NCBI GenBank assembly: GCA_051362555.1
Contig: CM120640.1
Location: 40,340,788-40,404,787 of the forward strand
Direction: 5' to 3'
Length of the DNA stretch: 64,000 nucleotides
From: Lingula anatina
Taxonomy: Eukaryota; Animalia; Brachiopoda
Below, in pieces: positions 33,037-46,500 of the stretch (positions within the stretch are counted from its first letter, which is position 1; each line of letters opens with the position of its first letter). A program made the translations under genes and the position numbers. The notes below the pieces were generated by a model. That model had not been told where the DNA came from. It saw nothing but the letters and a program-made list of their open reading frames with translations, and made no database searches.

Positions 33037-36000
33037 ATGGAGGCGGAGACTGAAACAGCGCAGATGAATGGCCCATCTGGAAAATACATAGACAGCATAG
33101 GTAAGAAAAGACATTGGAACACCAAACTGGACATTTTTACAACAACCTGATATACTTTTTTCATGCCTCCCTAATTCTACCTTTGGTTACATTAATTTTA
33201 AAAAGTGAGCCTCAGTGCCATTTGCCTATTATATACGTGGGTAGTCATTGAGGCCTGCCAATTACACTAACCTCAACTGACACTCTATTTCAAATTGATG
33301 TAAGATTTTCATTTTCCCATATCACATAGTCAGAAAAAAATATTCAGGCCAATTCCTTTTTGTGCTGTCAGTGTAAATTTGTTTTCACCTACATCATGGA
33401 GTATGGACAGTTGGAGTTGTCTCGGTATCCCCATACTCTTTCCATCAATTACCCTGGGGATTCTCATCTGGTTATGCCAACCATATACCAATGTTCTGAA
33501 TGATAAAGACACTGTCTAACCAGTGCTGTGATCCTCAGGGTGAACTGATTGGTTCATTCTTGAAAGTGCTATCTCCTGTCACAGCAGTTGTGTAATGGAA
33601 AAGAGAAACCATCAATGCTGTTAATGGAATGTATGGATTTTTCATTAACTCTGGAGAGCTTACTTGGGACTGTGACAGTTGATTCACTATTACAAATGAT
33701 TTTGTAAATCTAGTGTGTGGCTGAGGAAGGGGGTCAGTGGTTGTTTATGTATTAGAATAGTGGAAAACACATTTTTGGGGATGTTTTCTAAGAGTATTTT
33801 TAGACAAATGTTCAAATTTTAGCACAAACAAGTTGCAACAAACTTCCCATCATTAAAAAGAATTAAAAGTCTGAACAACTGTTCTGTCATTCTGATATGA
33901 CCTCCCAGGCCTCTGATATAAACATTATCTGGAAGCTGGAATGCTTAGCCAAGATAGAATGTTGTTCTAAGCTAAAAGTATGCTAGCTCCTGGGGATACT
34001 AGATACTCCTGTATCATGACCAGAAGGTCACCACTGTACCAAAGGATACACATGATACCTCATTAAATTATTCATTACTGGTAAGTAGGGGTATAGGTGA
34101 TATTTTGGGAAGGACATTCCTTTGAAGTGAAATCGAAGGCCTGGTGGAGGGCATTGCAGTAAAGATAGAATCACAATAGTCTGTGCCCCTATTCTGAATT
34201 ACATAATTCCTTTTGATAACCCAGGGGATCAGATTAGTTTAATAAAGTCATCCCTTTTAATATTTGTTCTGCTCTGATATGGAGAGGAGCTGATCTGCTT
34301 GGTATCAAAGAGGGGGACATATCATAGTGCTGGATTTACTTTCTGGCTAATTTTATGGTTTTCTTTGTGAATTATAAGTACCTTCCTGATCCCAGTTGTG
34401 TATGAGGTTCTATGATGGATTGTCATTGAATTCACAAAAATATTACAATATTTGTAATGATGCATATTTTGCGAGCATAGTTTGTGAAAGATATATATTT
34501 GTGCGTGTGTATGTGTGTGTGTGTGTGAGAGAGAGCGAGAGTTTAAATGAACCCTTCTGTGAATTGTTTTCATTTATTGTAGCGCATCTTCATGTTAAAT
34601 GCTTTTATAATTGTTATCCAACCACTTATCTTTTAAATAATATCAATTAAGATGTGTGATTCTTAAAAAACCATCATTATTCCTGTCCAGACACAGAAGA
34701 TCCAGAATACAGGCGTGAGTTGCAGAGGCCTCCAGATATCAAAGAAGACGTCAGGGGACTGAAGCTAAGGCAGCGTGTTTCTCTTGTCCTGAACAGTGAA
34801 GCCTTCAGAGAAGAGTTGGAAGAGATAGTCGACGACACACTACAGAATGTCCCAAGTTCTTCCAGTCTTTTAGCATTGCAGCAGATTGCAGATGTTCTCA
34901 TACCACAACAGAATAAGCCTGTGTCTGGGATAAATAAAAGTGGACGTAAGTATTTACATTTGTATTAGTGTGTTATACATATATCTACATCTGGTATCTT
35001 TTTTTCTGTCATAATGAAATAAATGCATGTTTGGTTAGTTAATTCAACAAGGCAGACATTATGACATCACATATAAAACCACAATGCATAAAATGTTATT
35101 GGGGGAGAAAAAGGCAAATGGCTTTGTGCATCCCATTGAATCCTACAGAATGATTACCAATGACATGTTTTCTGAATTGAGTGCCAAAAACTCCATCCAA
35201 AAACAATACAAGTCTTGGTTGTTCCCAAAATTGTTTGTGTGTAGGTCTTCAATAATTTTAACTTGTGTTTTTTCAGTCGCAACTCCCTTGATTTTGATAA
35301 ACGACCTGAGAGGAGTTGATGCAGCCAACTACAGCAAACAGGAGAGGGTACTACGGTGTAAAGTGGCATCTTGTTACAGACTGATTGACTTATTTGGTTG
35401 GACCCATGGCATCTATAACCACATTTCGGTGAGTTTTTTGTAAAAAAATTTGGGCTACATATGAACAAAGGGATGTAAATTGATTTCTACCAATATTTAT
35501 TTCGTTGGACCCATGACCTCCTTGACCACATTTGGTGAGTTAAGGGCAGCATATATCTTGGCCCAGTTTTACCAAGAATTTAAACTGATTAACCAGAAAG
35601 AAAGAAGTTTCTTTCCCATAAAATTTGAATGGGTATTTTACCTGTGTTATATGAATTGTAATCAACTCAAGGTTTGCAACTTTTATTGTAGAGTTGACAT
35701 GTTTTCATTTTTTGAAAACTCCAAGCCCTGTGTCTTACAAATTTGGCTAAACTATAAACATTGGACAAAAAGCTTTGTGTTTAGGGTATAGTCTATGTAT
35801 AATGTAATATAAGCTATTGAATATGCTCAAGGTCCTTTGTGGGTAAAAATAACTTTGTGCAACTTACATTACCACCAAAATGTGAAAAATGAATTACAGC
35901 ATAAAAAGGCACTGTGGATTTCTTTCATCAGACTGATTGAAAAATCAAGTGATTTGATGTGCCAAGTTGTAATCACTGCACCATGAGGCACTTCAACCCA

Positions 36001-39000
36001 CTGTGGTTTGTTTGGATCCAACCGTTTTCTGCAGAAAGAACAACATTTTTTTAAGCAAATGTCATTTGTGTGGGAGTGTCAGCTTCTTGTCAAAATTTTT
36101 TTCCATTGTTAGCCCGTTAGAATGCCTTCAGGTTCAGAAAAGCTCAAGTACTCTTGGAACACTTGAAAAAAAGTCAAAAGCAGTTTTCCAGTATATTTGA
36201 ATAGGAACCAGCCACAGGGACTTAAAATGGGGTCAAGTGGATGCAAATTTTAACTTGCACCTTTGGCTGGATTGGGGATCATTGTCACCTAAATCTAGAA
36301 CAGAATTAGACATTTGAAATTAATCTGTTGCTGTATCAGAGTATCAAAGATACTATTTATACTCATGGCCTGTTTCCTACTGTAAATATACATGGAGCCC
36401 TGCAAGATAGCTGGGTCACTGGTAGGTTAGGTGTCTGCAAAATGCATTTCCTGCTCAAGGTCAGAAAAGCGTAGCCACACCTTTCCTTATTTTGTAAAAG
36501 AAGAATTGTAAAGGAGAATTGTAAAGAGCATAAAAAAAGTGACTCTTTTATTTAAAATCAGAAAGCAAAACTTATTTTTAATTTTCATGTCAAGTTAAGT
36601 TTCTTGTGAACTTGAAGGCATGTGGCAACTTTGTGATAAAATAAACTTCTTTATTTGCTTGTGTTACTTGAAGTACTTTGGGCACATTTCAGCGTTATTG
36701 TTGATGGTATTATGGATATTCCAGGAATCAATCTCTGACGCATTTCCAGGAATAATGATGAGGGGTTTTTTTTCTTTGCAACATTAGCACTAACCTTTTC
36801 TATCATAATGTGGAGAAAGCAGAGCCCAAGATTCTATCAATACCAATTGAAGTGGACTTGCCATAAATTTTGTTACTGTTCTGGTTTGCAACAAATAGGG
36901 GCTCATGCTATGTTTTATTATGACTAAGACTAGGTGGTCTAAGGTTTGTTATAGTTTCCCTTGCAGACTACAGTCATTTGGATTTTTCTCAACCATCACT
37001 CACTCTCTAATTCTGTATACACTAGGGTTTCACTGGCATTTTTCTTCTATTAGCCAAGCAGTAAGTTTTTCCCCCTAAGTTGAATGATGGTAACTGTACA
37101 CATTTTAGTGCTAAATTAAATTGTCAAAATCAGCATGTATTTCAAAAAGCCTGTCCCCATTATACCATGGGGATGTCTAGATGATATAAGCTAAGAGATC
37201 CTAGGTCTAGTCCTTGGTATTTTCCGTTTATATATGTATGTATATATATCTCAAGTATGGCCGAGCATGTTGAAGAATAGCCCAGGTGGTCTGAAGGTGA
37301 TTATAACAAGAGGTCTCAGGTGTGGAACTGAGCCAACAGACATGCCAGCAGACATAATGCTCACACATACATCACACTAGATCTTGGGAAAATATCGCAA
37401 CCTATAGAAAGGTTAGGGTACTTGAAGCACTTGCCTGGATAAGGTGTAAATATTGATGATGTAATACATAGGTAATACATGCTGACTTGGAAGTGTTTCA
37501 CACCTTAAAGTTGAGATTCTTGTCAATTTTATATAAGGTGGTGAAGAAGGCTAGGAACAGTGCGCCTCCTATGGAGAGTTGAAAATCCACTGGGTTATGT
37601 TGACAGTTGATAGCTGTAAACATAGGCGATGTAATTTATATATATTTAGAACAAAGTCAAGTATTCTGGCACTATAATATGTTATTGCCTGTTCTGGGTT
37701 CATCGAAGCATGGAGATCTTTGTCAACGACTGTTCATTTCATTTAACTGTAAGATGGTACACTATGTTATTGAAACTCGTACAACAGTTTTCAGTTTTGG
37801 AAAAGGAGTGGGCTTTGTATTCATTTGGAACCCATTGGCTTTCCATCTATGGCTTTACCTTCGACAATTTTTTTTCTTTCTCTTTTTGTGGTTTTGCCAA
37901 CTTGACTTCCATCTCCATGTCATGTTCCATAATGCTAAATTGCTGGTGGCAAGGATGGAGCACATAAAAATTCCATTCAAAAGCCACATTTGGTTTGTAT
38001 CACAACCACTAAACCTTAGAAAACACAACATAGCTGTCATGCTTGTGTCGTTTTGAATTGAAAATACAGACCAGAGTCTTTTGAAATTTCCATTCTTTGC
38101 CTCCAGTGACAAATTGTTTCTGTTTTGCACCTCTCTTGTTTTTATGACCAAAATTATGAATACAGTGACTGGGGTCAGCATACATGAATATGCAATTCAT
38201 CACTCCATGACAAATTGCCTCTTTTTGCACCTGTTTTAATTGCCAAAATGACTCTAACATTTCTGACATTTTTCGGTGGAACATTAGTACATTGCATTGT
38301 GAAAGTAAGCGATTCACAGCATGCTTTGTACTTGACCAGTATTAATCTAACATGTTGGTTTGTAATGCACTAGTACTTTAAAGTTTCTACTGAGGTTTCT
38401 ACTCAGTGTTTTGTGATAAGGTCCATATGGTCTGACAAACTATTTGATGTAGGGCAGTGTGCGCAGAACACATATACATTTCAGGTCACTGTTTTAGTGT
38501 TGATACAAGTGGGAATTTCTGCTATCTTTTAGTTTGAAAGCATTATATATGAACTAGAAATGGAAAGGGATTCTGAACGAATAAGTTTTGATTTACTCAT
38601 GTTTAACAAAAAATTGTTTCTATGCTGTTGACATTCATTTTTCTTCGTGTATATAGATATGATCATGGTTCACCACATGGTAATCCCATACATGGTACTT
38701 TTTAATATTTTTACAAAACAATATTGTAAATTTACACCCACCCACCCCTCCCAATATATACTTGGGTTGATTTTTGTTTCCCTGACATGTTTAAGTAAAA
38801 ACTAGGACACCATTTCAGAATATAATGCTTTTACTTGGGTTTATTCTCAGGCACGTATCAACCAAGAACAGGAGCACTTCCTCATCAATCCTTTTGGCCT
38901 CCTGTACAGTGAGGTGACAGCAGGAAGTCTAGTCAAGGTGAACCTCCAGGGGGAGGTGATGGACCAGGGGAACACCACCCTGGGAGTCAACAAAGCTGGT

Positions 39001-40526
39001 TTCACTATCCACTCTGCCATTCATGCTGCACGCCCAGATATCAGGTGCATCATCCATCTGCATGTGCCATGTGTCGCAGCGGTAAGTCAGTTTTTTTTTT
39101 TTTTTTTTTTTTTTGTCTAATCCATATGCTTGTGCCATGTGTGACAACATTGACAAGATTTATTTTGGAACTTAAAGATTGGAGATAGATAACTTCACTG
39201 TGTTGCATAGAAAAAAAATATTGATGTGGAAGATAGTGTCTTACTTTTGCCTAAGGAAGTCAAGTTGCTTGGAATTTCATAAAGGAGAATCGACTAGGTT
39301 AAGTAGATGACCATTAAACTATATCAGTTGCAGCCAAAGAACCATTTTCCATGGAAGATACAGTGAATAGATGTATTGGATAACTTTCAGACTGTCTAAA
39401 TAGTCTCATGCAATCTGGTTATGAATGCATCAATCAATACAAGATATTGTCATTTACACATACACCAAGCATTAAAGATAACATATGGCTTGCAGACAGA
39501 TAAATAATGTCACTGCTGGCCTACCTTATTTTGTAATAATGATGGTAGAATTACCTTATTGATACAAGCTCCATTTGACCAAATAAGAAGGCTGAATATT
39601 TTACCTATGGTTAGGGTGTGGGCTTGGACTGAAAATCTTTATTGTCTGTGACAGAGGACTGACTGCACTGCCATCTATCAGTCAGAAATGTAGGCTTGTA
39701 ATAGCCCCCTGACATCAAACTGTAAGCAACCCGCATGCATTTTGCCTGTCATATCCAAGGTCACCAACACATTACGCAAAGAGATTTCTACTGGGGACAC
39801 TTGAAAGGAAATCTAAACTGACCACTGCCTTCATATCCTGGTGAGATCAGGTTGCAAGTATGGTGGTCTTGTCACCAGGAGCCAAGTCTATATATTGTTT
39901 GCAGACCTCTGACCTTGTAGGTGTGGCAGCCAAGTAGCCATTTTCCCAAACCCCTAGCATAGCCATGAGATGATGTCTTTTCATGCCTGATTTCAGTTGA
40001 CTTTGTTAAAAAGCAATTCTATACAATTTAAAACAATTTGTCATACTGGGCCATTCGGATAAAATACAGTTGAATCATGACTTTACAGCCCTTTAGTAGT
40101 ATTGCTATGGGAACAAAAAAATAAATAAAAATAGGTCAGTGTAAGCACCAACTGTGCTCCCACCAGGTTCCACTGTAACAAATTATATATAACCGTATAA
40201 ATAGTTTTAGCATCTGTGAACTATAGGCTCTCTCTGACCTCTATAGGCTAGTCTGACCTGCTGGCCAAATTAAAAGTTGAGACTAGAGTTCAGATATATT
40301 AAAATATGTTTGAAAGCTCTGTAGTTCAGTAAGTGGCGATATATTAATTTCAAGACAAAACTAATTTGAAAGTGACCTTTGATTTTAGGTTTTGACAAAA
40401 ATGTGACATTTAGTTGCTTGAAGATGGTTTCTTGTAAATTTCTTTGACAAGTAAATGTGGTTCACCAAGTTCATAGAATTTTGCAGTGAATTCTCTTTCA
40501 GAAAAGAAAGTAAAGTCAAGGATATA

Positions 40527-40577
<51 letters not shown>

Positions 40578-43500
40578 TTAAACAGGGTTCTTCTTTCTTG
40601 GAAACCACAAAAGATTCCGTTTGGTGTAATCAGGCATCTTTTGTGTCCATATTCAACCAGGTCTTTGAATTGTGTATTTTGAATCATGTATAATATTTCT
40701 GACAACAGATTCTGAGAATGCATGTTTTGTAAAACAAATGAATAGAAAGCAAACAAGTCAGTTGAATAATTTTTGTTTTTTTATCAGAATTGAAAATCTA
40801 CCAATACAAATATCAAGTCCTCAGTAGATTTAAAGGTTGTGATGGCAAACAAAGATAAATAAACCAAAAGAAAATAGAATAAGTAAAGGATTTCTTGACA
40901 TTTTTTCAGGTATCCATGATGAAACAGGGTCTTCTTCCCATCTCCCAAGAGGCTCTGATCTGTGGGGAGATTGCCTATCACGATTACAATGGCATCGTAA
41001 TTGATAATGAAGCTCAGGAGTTGATTGTTAGGAATCTGGGACCCAACAGCAAGGTGAGGTTGCTTTCAAAAAAGAAAGTCAATTTTGTCCTATTTGCAGC
41101 TATATATCGTTTCTTAAAGTTGTTGACTTCATTTTGCAAAGACAAAACAGATGTCATTTTAGAACCCTTTGACCCATGTTATACAAAATGGACCACCAAT
41201 ATTTGACAAATAAAACATTTGTTTTGACAGAGCATGTTTGAGAGTTGGGATCTTTCCATATATCAGTTCATTGGAAGATGATTTCAAAGAGTTTCAGTGA
41301 TACATTTGTTATCTTAATGTTGCCAAAGAGAGATTCCTAGTGTAAATGGAATGCACTTGGGAGATATGTCTGTTTTCATAGACATGACAATTCAAACATG
41401 GCATAATGATTATGACAAATACACCAGACATTATAAGTTTATTCAACTGTCCGGGGCCAGTTGTGCATTATATATAGCACAAATGTAAAATATTGATTTT
41501 TGAAGCACTAGGTCAGACACTAGAGTTATGCCTACCAGTGACAGACAGAGGCAAATATATATGCAATGCAGGCATTTCTCAACTCTCTCAAGTAACCCAT
41601 TCATTAGCACCTTTTAGGGGAAAAAAAGAGTAAGACAAGAGCATGTTAAAGTAGTCTGCGGGTCGATATCCAAAGCTTTGCCAATCTTTAGTGGATCTGA
41701 AAATTAATCTCATTACATTTGTTAACTGTATCCCTATATTGATTTGCACCAGAGGTTGTTTGAGCTTGTAGGGAAGATTCAACATATTAGGCCATGAGTA
41801 GTGGCTGGTTTAAATTTCCATCTGGGTGATGGAAATTGAGTCATAGAATGTGCATCCTCTGAAAGTTCTTAATATTAGAGAGTATGAGAGTATGACAAAT
41901 CATATATCCCACTGAGACAAAAATAAGTGGTTTAACTATTGTATCATACATTCTTTTTAGTCAACAAAATAAGTGTTAATATATTTTTTAATGTAAGAAA
42001 AAATCATGTTGTTGGCTATGAGAAAAATTCATTTAATATATCATTTCATTACATATACTATCAACCCAGTAAATCTAAATGTTTTCAGCAGTGAGTGTTT
42101 CATGTGTGAAACCATCACCTCTAATGGTATGTACTTGTTTTCACATTTTCATACTTATTGTGTATTTGTAGGTGTTGTTTTTGCGCAACCATGGTGCCGT
42201 TGCTTGTGGTGCTACAGTTGAGGAGGCTTTCCACTATGCATGGAACCTGATACATGCATGTCAAGTACAGGTAAAAACCTTTAATTTCTGAAGCCAAAGA
42301 TTGTGATATTCCATCATCTGTTTCTTTTGAGCCTAGTTTATTGATAAGGTGAAGCTTAAATGGTGCAATGTCATTAAAAAATTAGAAAATAGTTCTTCTC
42401 ATTACAAGTAATTTGTTGCTTCAACATTTGCAAATATATGGAGCTGTATCTCTGAAAGATTTCCACATTTTGGTTGGAGTGTACAGCATAAACAGGAATT
42501 TTGAGTTTTTCTGTTCTGATTCTTGAACTGTAGGCCCAGTATGTTAGTTTAAAAATATCACTGAATCTTGACAATATTTGTTTGAAATGCAGTAATTTAT
42601 GTATTAAATATATTTGTTAGAGCTTTTGCCTGTATATATCCTCTGTGTTTTAGGTGAATGCTGCCAGCCTGGGCATTGACAACCTTATTCAGCTGAGTGA
42701 AGATGTACAACAGAGGACCTTTGAGGTGGCCAGTCGTGGTGGGGGTGGCGTGAACTCAAAGGATGCTGGAGTCAAATGGAGGACCGGAGACCTGGAATTT
42801 GAGGCTTTAATGAGGCATTTAGATAGCGCTGTTAGTATTTTTTGTTTCCACAATTAAGGTCTAAAATGTGTTGAGTGACAATTTAATGAAAAAAAAATAC
42901 ATATTTGTCCATATTAGAGTCCAGTATTGCTAGTTTTTATTTAAGGTACATTACAAATGGGCAGGTAATTGTTGGTCTGTAGCATGAAATAAATTGAAAT
43001 TGATAGAGATGAGTGCAGACATATGTCACTTGTTTGTTAATGTTAGTTAATTCTGGGAAAAAAAATATATCAAGTTTGATTTTTAATCTCTATATAATAT
43101 TCAGGGATTTAGAACTGGCTACATGTATAAGCAGCCCATTGTTAGGCAACCTAAGAAGGGCCGTATCAACAGTGATGTAGAGGAGCCACCCTCTTCAACT
43201 AACATCTCCTACATCTATGATGAACATGGGTAAGTGTTGATGATAAAGGTAACAAGATTCTGATGTACTGTATTCTTGATAGCTTGTATCAGCACTTACC
43301 AGAATAAACTTTGAATTGGATATATCATAGAATAGAGTGATTGTAGGGTTATGAGTCTTTTTCTGAATTATTTATCAACTTTCACCAATAAATTTGTAGT
43401 TTTGCTATTTAAAATTATTCTTCTCAATAAATTTACTTTTTTTTTTTTTTTTTTTTTAGTACACCAATTAAGCAGATCATTGAATCAAAAAAGAAGGCTC

Positions 43501-46500
43501 AGAAGACAGAATGGCTGAACACTCCCAATATATATCACAAACAAGAAATTGAGGAGATTGGCACCCCAAACCCAAAGAAAATTATCAAGGTATATATTTT
43601 TATCAAGAAGTATCACCAACCAAGGACTCTTTTCCAGTCTGTTAGATTGAACAGTTAAAAAAAACACCCTCATAAAGATTTTAGAAATATTTCGTGCTTG
43701 TACAGAAAACTTGCTATTTGAGACTGAAATTCACAATTTGTAATGATCTATTTTAGACATTTTAGCTTGGGTCATTTTTGATTAGTTAGCATTCGTAGTA
43801 TTTGGTTATTTACTTGAAACATTCGAGTCTATATGGATCTTTATTTGACAATCTAGTGGGTAGAAGATTCCAGTTCACCACAAAGGGGCAGTTACATCAA
43901 GGTAGAAAACCCAAACCAGTTTGCACCTCAAGGACAAGATCCCAAGGAGTTTAAGCAAAAACAAAAGAATGTATGTGGAATTTCATTATTTCATGGATTT
44001 AAAACCAATCTATCCAGTATATTTGTTGGAGAAATGATACGTTTCAGATCAATTTTTACATATAATGCCTTAATCAATTTTACTACATATTTCGCCAATA
44101 ATGAAATGAAATTTCTATTTTATTTGCAGAAAGCATCTATATTCTACAAAACAAGCAAGCTTGCTATACAAGACCACTTGGTTCAAATTCTGGCACAAGT
44201 TTTAAAAAATAAATTTTCCTATACTTGAATATTGGTATACTTTATATCTATTAATAATAGCATCTTCATTCTCTAGATAAGGAAAGGTTACTATGATGAG
44301 AAGATCACCCCAGGCCCCCAGTCCAGGATTCTTGAAGGTGTGAGCTGGGAAGAGGCAGAGAGGATGAAGGTAAAACACATTATATTGTTTGAAGAACCTT
44401 CCAGTTACTTGTACAGTTTAACAGCTGTTTCAAATTACAAATAATATCATTGTGTTTTTAAACCATTTCCAAGTCTGCTTGAATTATTTTAGCCACTAAA
44501 TGTTTTGGCAATTATGTCACGTATGGAATGCTAAAAAACAGCTCATATTATATTTAGCACACCGCTCACAGTTCTTAAGTTTTGGGTTAAAAGTATTGCT
44601 GTTTAGTACAATTTTTAAGTTGATATGTTATTAGCAAATTTCGGGGGGTTTTTTTATCAGATTCTATAAAGCTAATATGTAATATCCAACAGTGACATAT
44701 TTTCCCTAGCAGAAACTCCCAATATTATATCCCCTGTTATTTTCCCATGCTAGGATGCAGATCAGAGTGGCACTCAAGACAAAGTGATCATTGTTGGGGC
44801 TGCCTCCAAGGGTATCATCAAGAGGGATCAGCAGCACAACGCTGTGGTGTACAGGACACCCTACACACCCAACCCCTTTGACAACATGAGCCCAGAGGAA
44901 ATTGAAGCCTACAAGAAGGAGGTGGAGAAGAAACAGAAGGGTGAGAATTTAGATATCGATTTTTTTTTTAGGTGATCAGTCTGTCCAAAAGCATTTGCTC
45001 AATTAACTTAATAATTTTCACCAAATTTTGTTAGTATATTTGCTTGAACTGATGAAATGTTTTTCTTTAGCTCAAATAAAATTTGCCCAGCAAAAATAGG
45101 TATTGTTAAGTATTTAACATGTTCTTGTGTCAGTTTGACCCAGGAGACATTTTTTCTTTTACAGTAGATTAATATATATTCAAGATTAAAAGATTTTTTC
45201 AGGTTCATACTGAGTTATTTTTTAGTATTATAATGTACAAGTCCAAAATGTCAAATTTATCCAAATTTGTAAATGCAACAGACTATAGATGTGGATATAT
45301 ATTTTCGAAAACAGAAATTAAAAATTCCAATTATTTGACAATCATAATTGTAGAAGAACAGTAGGTTTTGGAGATTTTCTTCAACTAATTTCCCAATTTA
45401 TTGGTTTCTGCTGTTTGTTAAAAGGCTTGAATGAATCACTGTCATTGTTAATGTGTGAGTCACCACATTTCATAAAATACCAAGCATTTGGCTTTTGCCC
45501 CCAATCGATTTTAGGTTTCTCTTCTTTTCATTAGCTAACATGCGATACACAACAGGATTTATAAAGGACTGAATACCAGTTGCTACTGACAGAATATGCC
45601 AAGGCAAAATATTCAATATAAATAAATGACTGGTGATACAATTGATGTAGACAGAAATCATTTTCACAAAGTAAACAGAATTTTAAAGAAAAAAAAAACA
45701 TTTCTTTATCTTTAAGGTGATGGAGATGGAGAACCAGGTGCTGATACAGTTGACACAGACGAAGGTAAGGATTGATAGAGTACTCTGTGGTAAAATCTCT
45801 GCTGTCCCTTCCACAGCACAAATATTTTGGAGTGATAGATTACCCAAGTTTTCTTAGTAAGATTTTCCAGTGGGAATTTTCTGATCATGGGATGGTTTTG
45901 AATCATAAATGTCTCCAGAGAGACTGTTTTAAAGAAATTATTCTGTTAAGTACAGGGTTTTTAAGATGGTTCACAATGTGGTTTTCATTAATATTTGTTC
46001 CATATACTAAGATCTAAACAAAAAAAAAAACATTTGAACAGCTGAAAGCTATTTTATTATGTAACCCGAGCTAGATTTATGAGTCATTACTTTCTAAAGG
46101 TTCCACAGATAAGACATGATTGATTGCCATGTGCCATTGTGTTACACATTATTTATACAAACAGTATTCCATTTCAAATTTCTTTTTATGAGATACATTT
46201 ATTTGTGCATATTTAGGGTTCATTATTATTGATCTTGGGTCAGATATACATATATATTATATTAATTTCCTCATGCTTACTCCTATCAATGTAAACGATT
46301 CTATAATCCCAGGGTTGCTGACTTTGCACTTCTATAATATATTGATAATAGGAAAAAATATCTGCTAATTAAAGAAACCAATCCTCTAAAGTGAGAGTAA
46401 CTGTCAATGTGACAAGTTAGCAACCCTGTTTCTACATGTGCAGTTAGTCTAACCATATTACCCACCACTGAGGCATGTTGTTAAATGAGAATGAGAAGTG

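Noticed and set aside
38990-42200. Retained HxH and NHG metal ligands in the adducin aldolase-like head
   Set aside because: A known feature of adducins, not specific to this locus.
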